Positions 58,330 through 64,000 of a DNA stretch of 64,000 nucleotides are shown one piece after another; the first letter of the stretch is position 1; every line of letters starts with the position of its first letter. The DNA comes from Spirochaetia bacterium (GTDB taxonomy: Bacteria > Spirochaetota > Spirochaetia > DSM-2461), in assembly GCA_963666985.2 (NCBI GenBank), contig CAXXIA010000002.1:1-64000 (forward strand), written 5' to 3'. A model generated the notes under the pieces. That model worked only from the letters and a program-made list of their open reading frames with translations. It searched no databases and was not told the DNA's origin. The position numbers and the translations under genes were made by a program.

Positions 58330-59605
58330 TTCGGAGCACCTCCGCGGGTTTCAATCGGGCGGCCAAAGACGCGGCTCGAATCGCGGCCGCCGATGAGAGC
58401 GCCACGGCCAGGGAGAAAATAATCAAAACATCTTTCGGCATGACTTCGGTGCTGCGCAGGAACGCCTCCACGGGAAGGGGATGAAAGGATGATAATCCCA
58501 AGAGACCGGCCAGCATATTCCACAGCTGATGAAATCCCCGGATAATCCCGTCCACATTGGCTCCGATCAAAACACCCGCCAGACTGCCGAAAAGCCCTCC
58601 GGCGCCGCCGATAACAAGACCATGCCTGAGAAAGAGAATGCGGATATCGCCGGGAGAGGCGCCATGAGATTTCAGAATGGCCAAGTCCTCGGTCCTTTCG
58701 GTAGCCATGCGCCGCAGAGAATGATCGATATTCACCGCCACCACAACGAAAATAAGCGCCAAAAGAAGAATCATCATGACTTTTTCCGTTCGAAGCGCTC
58801 CGAAGAAAGATCGATTGTTATCCCGCCAGGAGCTTAAGCTGCCGCCGATACCGGAAGCGTTAAAGGATTCGGAGAGTTCTTCGGCCGCCCGTCTGTCCCT
58901 ATCCGCGTGAACAAGTTTAATTCCCACTTCGGCCGGTACGTTACCGTAGAGGGATCGGGCGGTATCCAAAGAGACAAAGGCCAAGGACATTTCATATTCG
59001 CGATACGAGCATCGGAAGATACCCGTTACCTCAAGTGCCGCCTGCGCGGGAGAAAAACCGGCGGAGCCCAGTTCAAGCGCCGTGATTTTATCCCCCACAT
59101 CCGCTCCCAGAATCATGGACAAACCGCTGCCGAGAACGATTCCTCCGCCGGAAAGATCGAAAGAGCCTTCCTCCAATTCCAGATGTTTCGCCATTGTGCC
59201 GTCAATCTCATAAAGATTCTCCGGAACGCCTCTGACAAGAGCGCCCGCGGGCCTGGGGCGAACACCGTTCAGCATGGTCTGTCCCTCAATAAAAGGCAGC
59301 GCAACGGCGATGCGGGGATTCCCGGAAACGATATCGAGGACGGCTTCGGAATCATCTTGAGCCTTCGTGCCGTCGTCTTCCTCGAAATCGGGCGTCCATC
59401 GCAAATGATACGATCCGATTTCCAGGATACTTCGAATATATCCCTGCTGCAGACCGTTCATCACGGCGAGTATCGTGTTCAGCGTCGCCACGCCCGAACC
59501 GATCAGAATAACGGCAAAAAGAAAAATCAGGCGGCCGCGGCCGCCGCGGCGTCCGGTTAAAAAACGCCATGAGACCCAAGGAATCCATCCGGGTCTTCGA
59601 ATCAA
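58322..59605 (-). CDS. lolC: LolC/E-family lipoprotein-releasing permease
   Basis: ILAVMNG, W...N.SFFGALRTEK, LKPAEVLRSE. Confidence 0.82.
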   Translation of the reverse strand: MIRRPGWIPWVSWRFLTGRRGGRGRLIFLFAVILIGSGVATLNTILAVMNGLQQGYIRSILEIGSYHLRWTPDFEEDDGTKAQDDSEAVLDIVSGNPRIAVALPFIEGQTMLNGVRPRPAGALVRGVPENLYEIDGTMAKHLELEEGSFDLSGGGIVLGSGLSMILGADVGDKITALELGSAGFSPAQAALEVTGIFRCSYREYEMSLAFVSLDTARSLYGNVPAEVGIKLVHADRDRRAAEELSESFNASGIGGSLSSWRDNNRSFFGALRTEKVMMILLLALIFVVVAVNIDHSLRRMATERTEDLAILKSHGASPGDIRILFLRHGLVIGGAGGLFGSLAGVLIGANVDGIIRGFHQLWNMLAGLLGLSSFHPLPVEAFLRSTEVMPKDVLIIFSLAVALSSAAAIRAASLAARLKPAEVLRSE

Positions 59606-60546
59606 TGGATATCCTCCCGGGTTCGGACAACTTCACCGTTTCTTAAAAACTCTTCCTTAACCCGATTCCCGTCGCGCCAATAAACACGAACCACCGCATC
59701 ACCGTCGCGAAAGAGAGTTTCGATCCGTTCGTTTTCCGATGTCCACTCGGTTTGGCTCACGCGGATGCCGTCGACGGTTTTTACCTCGCCGACCATACGA
59801 TCTCCGGACCAGGTGATGTCTCTGACGGATAAACGTCCTTCTCCGCGTTCCTCAACCCGTATCAGATCATCGCCCTTCCATTGATACGTTCTGGTAAAAA
59901 CGATCATCCCGCCGCGGGTTGTATTTTCTTCTATCAGGCGGCCCTGATCGTCGAATTTGCTGCTGCGGGTTTCCTCTCCGCTCTGCTCAAGCTGTTCTTT
60001 CAGTTCCCCGTCTTCGTTCCGTTTCCAGGAAGTCCGTTCGGTCACGGTCGGCCCGGTAAGCGCAAGCCGTTCCAGAGGGCGGCCGGCCGCGTCCCGGTCA
60101 GTGATAAGCCATTGATCGCCCGAAGAGGACGCATGCCTCCAGACGATTCCATCGGCGCCGACTTTTCTATCGGTTTCGACTCGGTCCCGTTCATCCTCAT
60201 TCGCCGCGATGTAAACGGCCCGGGGATTGCCTTCGGCGTCCCAGGCGTATTCCACTCTCGACAAAAGATGGCCTTCCGAATCCGATTCCTCCCGGGCCAC
60301 AAGCCGGCCGGCCGAACGAACCAGCACGGTAACCGAATGCAGAACGCCGTCCCGGTAAAGGTTCCGGATTTCATTCTCATCGTCCCTTTCTATGGAAAGA
60401 GTCCAGCCTTTGGCCGAGGGAGCCGATCCGGAAAAAGGTTCTCCCGGGACGCCGCCGGGAGACGATCGGTACCATTCCTCGGCGAACAGGGCGGTAAAAG
60501 AAGAGAACATGAGAAGAAAAAGAAAAGAAAACTTATGCGTCGCCAT
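59602..60546 (-). CDS. Exported beta-rich protein with YD/MORN-like repeats, unknown function
   Basis: Signal peptide (...TALFA) and repeated YAWDAEG / FDDQGRLIEE / YWRDG units; overlaps both ftsY and lolC. Confidence 0.75.
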   Translation of the reverse strand: MATHKFSFLFLLMFSSFTALFAEEWYRSSPGGVPGEPFSGSAPSAKGWTLSIERDDENEIRNLYRDGVLHSVTVLVRSAGRLVAREESDSEGHLLSRVEYAWDAEGNPRAVYIAANEDERDRVETDRKVGADGIVWRHASSSGDQWLITDRDAAGRPLERLALTGPTVTERTSWKRNEDGELKEQLEQSGEETRSSKFDDQGRLIEENTTRGGMIVFTRTYQWKGDDLIRVEERGEGRLSVRDITWSGDRMVGEVKTVDGIRVSQTEWTSENERIETLFRDGDAVVRVYWRDGNRVKEEFLRNGEVVRTREDIH

Positions 60547-61471
60547 GGGGTAAGAGCTCATCAAGGTAAGCTTCCGGTTCGAAAGGAATCAAGTCGTCCA
60601 TGCCTTCTCCTCTGCCGAGAAAGGCGAACGGAAGGCCGAGTTTTCGGCCGATGGCCGCGACCAGACCGCCTTTGGCGGACGAATCGTACTTTGTCATGAC
60701 GACGGCGTCCACGCCGACGGCTTCGTGAAAGGTTTCGGCCTGCCGCATACCGTTCTGACCCGTCGTAGCGTCGATAACCAGGATTTTCCGGTACACTCCG
60801 CCGCTCCCGAGTTTATCCGATACGATGCGGTCGATTTTTTCCAGTTCCTTCACCAGATTGGCCCTGTTGTGCATCCGTCCGGCGGTATCGGCGAGTACCA
60901 GGGAATCTCCGCGGCTTCGGGCCGAAACGATGGCGTCATAAATAACCGCCCCCGGATCGGTTCCGGAATCCTGCTTGACAATCCTCGCGCCGACGCGATC
61001 GGCGAGAATCGTCAGCTGATCAACCGCCGCGGCCCGAAAGGTATCTCCGGCGGCGAAGACGATTCCTTTCGTCCCCTCTTTTCCGAAACGATGGGCCATC
61101 TTGGCTATTGTGGTGGTTTTCCCGACTCCGTTCACTCCGAGAATCAAAAACAGCGTGAGTTTCCCCGGAACCGGCGCGAGATCCGCCGTTAATAAGGACG
61201 GCCGGATAATATCCTTAAGGGAATCGATCAGATTGTTTCCGTCGTCCCGATTTTCCCGGCGCACTTTACGCAATTCATCGACAACACCCACCGCGGCCGA
61301 TGCCCCGAAATCGGCTTCGACCAATAAATCCTCAAGCCGATCATAAAAATCTTCATCATCTTCGCCGCTGCGGGAAAACAGATCCAGGATACGGCGTCCC
61401 AGACCTTTGCCCGGCGCCTTTAAGGCGGTTTGAGGGCCAAAGGCCCCCGTTATTTTCCGTCTACCGAACAT
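60533..61471 (-). CDS. ftsY: SRP receptor GTPase FtsY
   Basis: GVNGVGKTT, DTFRAAA, DTAGR, DATTGQN, TKYD..AKGG. Confidence 0.96.
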   Translation of the reverse strand: MFGRRKITGAFGPQTALKAPGKGLGRRILDLFSRSGEDDEDFYDRLEDLLVEADFGASAAVGVVDELRKVRRENRDDGNNLIDSLKDIIRPSLLTADLAPVPGKLTLFLILGVNGVGKTTTIAKMAHRFGKEGTKGIVFAAGDTFRAAAVDQLTILADRVGARIVKQDSGTDPGAVIYDAIVSARSRGDSLVLADTAGRMHNRANLVKELEKIDRIVSDKLGSGGVYRKILVIDATTGQNGMRQAETFHEAVGVDAVVMTKYDSSAKGGLVAAIGRKLGLPFAFLGRGEGMDDLIPFEPEAYLDELLPHGDA

Positions 61472-61786
61472 ATCGCCGGTATCCTATGGCAAGAATCGGG
61501 ATTCGGGAACCCCCGGAGAGGGCGATGTTCCGGAGAATCGCACCTTCGGGCGCATCATAAACGGAGTTCTTCCGAGCCGATGAGGTGAGTAACGGCTTCC
61601 CCGAAAAGAATATCGGATCCGAGGCCGAAACCCGGAAAAAGGGAAACGAAAACCAAGAAAAGCACCCGGCGAAACGCGGCATAAGGCCTGATTTCGCCTC
61701 CCTCAGAGGCGGAATCAGAGACCTTACGTTCCCGATGCCCGCTCCAGATCGGGATTTTATTCTTTTCTCATCGCTTCGCTTGAAAA

Positions 61787-63250
61787 TCAATCCGAAAGTC
61801 CTTCGGCCGCATCAAGATAGCGATGAAGTCTGACAAGCACATTGGCGAGCAAACCGAAATTCACGGCAACGCTCCCCCACATCATTCCGTAACTGATCAT
61901 ATAACCCCTGTATGAAGAATTCATGTCTTCATCATTGCTCGGAGATCCTTGAGCAACAACGTTCATATTCGCGTAATTTTGGGATATTCCGAGAAGTGCG
62001 ATGGTGGGGGCCAAAGAGGCCGAAAACAGGGCGACGGCGTTATACAGTCTCTTCCGGGCCGTTGAAAACTCTTCCAGAGGATCGACAATCCGGCTTTCCA
62101 GCGGAACGGTCAGCGATTCCGTGTTCGGAGAAAAAGGAACGGTTCGCGATATGTAATCCTTCAGTTCCAAGGTTACGGGCATCACGCGGTCCGGACGCTC
62201 CACCGAAAGCGGTGTTCTGCCGAGCCAGAGAGTTCCGAGGCGCACATCGGCACCGGGCGGAATACTGCGTACCAGAACGGCATCCGAACCCGTCTTTTCA
62301 AGGGCTAAATCCAGCGTTTTTCTTTCAGATTCATCAACCCTTTCATTGATAAGAAGCGGTTCGAAACCATGGGCGGTTACTTCAAGAACATAATCTCCCG
62401 GCTTTAAAACCGAAGAAGACCAATACCCCACCCCAGCCGTCCGGCCGTTCACGGCGATCAGGGCCGTGGGAGGCTCGGTCTGCACCGTCAGAGAGCCCCA
62501 GGAACGGCCGAGTATAAGAGTCCGAAGCGCGGCGCCCGCTTCCCGGGAAACATCCTCAAGCTCGATATCCGACGCGGCGCCTTCCCATATCGATACCGAG
62601 CCTTCGGCGGTTAGGGCCGTAATGCCGATGCCGTAATAATCTCCCACCCGAAGCATTTTGCCGCAAACCAGAACATCAAGATCGTGATATTTCCGAAAAG
62701 ACTCATGCGCCATCTTCCCGGTATCCCATATTCTTCCTCCGCCGACGGGATCCGGGTAAACGGCAAGAAGACTTAACGGTACGAAAACGGACTGCGGAGG
62801 AGCGTCTTTTAATCGCCGTGCTTTACGCGAAGCCTCTTCAATGTCGAGTTCAATATCTTTTAAATCGGCCGCCTGCGCGTTCGGATCAAAGAGGAACTCA
62901 TCGCGCTTGGCATGCAAAGATGCGAGCTTCTTCCATGCTTTCGTCTCTTCATCCTCAATAACGGCGCGAGCCAGCGCGATTCGCTCTTCGGGCAAAAGAA
63001 GATGCTCATCCACTTCCTCCAATTCACCGCGGATCAGCCTGGAAACCAGAGAAGACGCGGAAACCAAAGCTCCGTCGGAGGCGTCATTTACGGTCAAAGC
63101 CGCAACACCGATCGACCATTCGGTCTTCGAAGCAGCAAGATTCTCATCATCCCCGCCGTCGGCGGCGTATGCGCCGGCGGAGAAGAAAAACAGGACGGCG
63201 GCCGAAACGGCCGGAGTCGAAGTGAAAAGAAACCTCTTATGCCTCTTCAT
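61787..63250 (-). CDS. Exported PEGA-domain protein with C-terminal TM helices
   Basis: Signal peptide, GSLTVQTEPP.A...VNG and VRSIPPGADV...GRTPL PEGA repeats. Confidence 0.8.
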   Translation of the reverse strand: MKRHKRFLFTSTPAVSAAVLFFFSAGAYAADGGDDENLAASKTEWSIGVAALTVNDASDGALVSASSLVSRLIRGELEEVDEHLLLPEERIALARAVIEDEETKAWKKLASLHAKRDEFLFDPNAQAADLKDIELDIEEASRKARRLKDAPPQSVFVPLSLLAVYPDPVGGGRIWDTGKMAHESFRKYHDLDVLVCGKMLRVGDYYGIGITALTAEGSVSIWEGAASDIELEDVSREAGAALRTLILGRSWGSLTVQTEPPTALIAVNGRTAGVGYWSSSVLKPGDYVLEVTAHGFEPLLINERVDESERKTLDLALEKTGSDAVLVRSIPPGADVRLGTLWLGRTPLSVERPDRVMPVTLELKDYISRTVPFSPNTESLTVPLESRIVDPLEEFSTARKRLYNAVALFSASLAPTIALLGISQNYANMNVVAQGSPSNDEDMNSSYRGYMISYGMMWGSVAVNFGLLANVLVRLHRYLDAAEGLSD

Positions 63251-63605
63251 GTTCTCCGGCCTTGCGTATCGCCGAAAGAAGACGCTCCTTTCTGAACGGC
63301 TTTACCACGAAATCCGCGGCGCCCCATCGAATGGCCTCAAGAATGCGCTCCTGATCTCCGAGTGAAGAACACATCACGACTCGCGCCGACGGATCTTCCT
63401 TTCGAATCCGCCTGAGGGCTTCGAGTCCGTCCATTCTCGGCATGGCGATATCCATAAGCGTTAAATCCGGCCTCCAGGCTCTCCGCAGAAGCATGGCCTG
63501 CCTGCCGTCGGCGGCTTCGGCCACAACCTCGTGCCCGCCCGTCTCAAGGATGTCCCGGATGAGATTCCTCATGAATTCGAGGTCGTCGACGACCAGAATT
63601 TTCAT
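63237..63605 (-). CDS. Single-domain CheY-like response regulator
   Basis: [30 protein letters not shown]. Confidence 0.9.
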   Translation of the reverse strand: MKILVVDDLEFMRNLIRDILETGGHEVVAEAADGRQAMLLRRAWRPDLTLMDIAMPRMDGLEALRRIRKEDPSARVVMCSSLGDQERILEAIRWGAADFVVKPFRKERLLSAIRKAGEHEEA

Positions 63606-64000
63606 TTTTCCGATCCGTCCGCCCGCCAGCGTAAATAAGAATCGATAAAAGGATCCAAATCTCCGTCCATCACGTTCTGGATGTTCCCGGTTTCGTGCCG
63701 TGTTCTTAAGTCCTTAACCATTGTATAAGGATGAAAAACGTAGGAGCGAATCTGGCTGCCCCAGCCGATGTCTTTCTTTTCGGCCGCGGTCGACGCCCGT
63801 TCCTCTTCCTGCTTTTGGCGATAGTACTCGTACAGCCGCGACTTCAACACCTTCATGGCCGTCGCACGGTTCTTGATTTGACTCCGTTCGTTCTGACATT
63901 GAACGACGATGCCGGATTCCAAATGGGTCATCCGGACGGCGCTGGAGGTTTTGTTCACATGCTGACCTCCGGCACCGGAAGCCCGGTAGGTATCCACCCT
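63602..64000 (-). CDS. prfB: Peptide chain release factor 2 (3-prime part only)
   Basis: [34 protein letters not shown]. Confidence 0.95.
   Translation of the reverse strand, partial: RVDTYRASGAGGQHVNKTSSAVRMTHLESGIVVQCQNERSQIKNRATAMKVLKSRLYEYYRQKQEEERASTAAEKKDIGWGSQIRSYVFHPYTMVKDLRTRHETGNIQNVMDGDLDPFIDSYLRWRADGSEK

Noticed and set aside
61461..61790. 109-aa ORF or SRP RNA between the PEGA gene and ftsY
   Set aside because: The ORF overlaps both neighbours but has no recognisable protein character and contains the likely ftsY promoter. The SRP domain IV motif (CAGG...GGAA...AGCAG) is absent. Not called, though small-ORF status is not excluded.
1..64000. CRISPR arrays, tRNA/rRNA genes, prophage or defence systems
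   Set aside because: No regularly spaced repeats, cloverleaf-compatible intergenic sequences or such protein motifs were seen. The GGTTCGA matches I noticed lie inside coding regions.

Overview
Chromosomal segment of a GC-rich spirochaete (Spirochaetales-like). The assignment rests on an alpha2-type GlyRS, tyrS-glyQS-gltX and prfB-ftsY-lolCDE gene orders, and a ThrRS-N/uridine kinase fusion. The housekeeping backbone is secA, lepB-ftsI-maf, tyrS, glyQS, gltX, clpC, lolCDE, ftsY and a partial prfB. Accessory blocks interrupt it: (i) a sugar-sensing cluster (binding protein, YesM-type kinase, YesN-type regulator, XylF-like lipoprotein) in front of a ChvE/GguAB transporter; (ii) an orphan PAS-PAS-GAF kinase; (iii) about 7.4 kb between glyQS and gltX holding a putative iron-regulated beta-barrel/DUF2023/flavodoxin operon divergent from a diguanylate cyclase - NahK-like hybrid kinase - NosP (FIST) operon; (iv) an AT-rich AraC/ABC/rhamnulokinase-like island whose promoter has a 21-bp periodic repeat array; (v) a BMP-type nucleoside ABC transporter with a leader able to form mutually exclusive stems. 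Three single-base frameshifts at short homopolymers lie in the first 12.5 kb, one of them in secA, and are most likely assembly errors. I found no rRNA, tRNA, CRISPR array, integrase or transposase. All family calls come from motif recognition by eye, and locus tags from other spirochaetes are recalled from memory, not searched.
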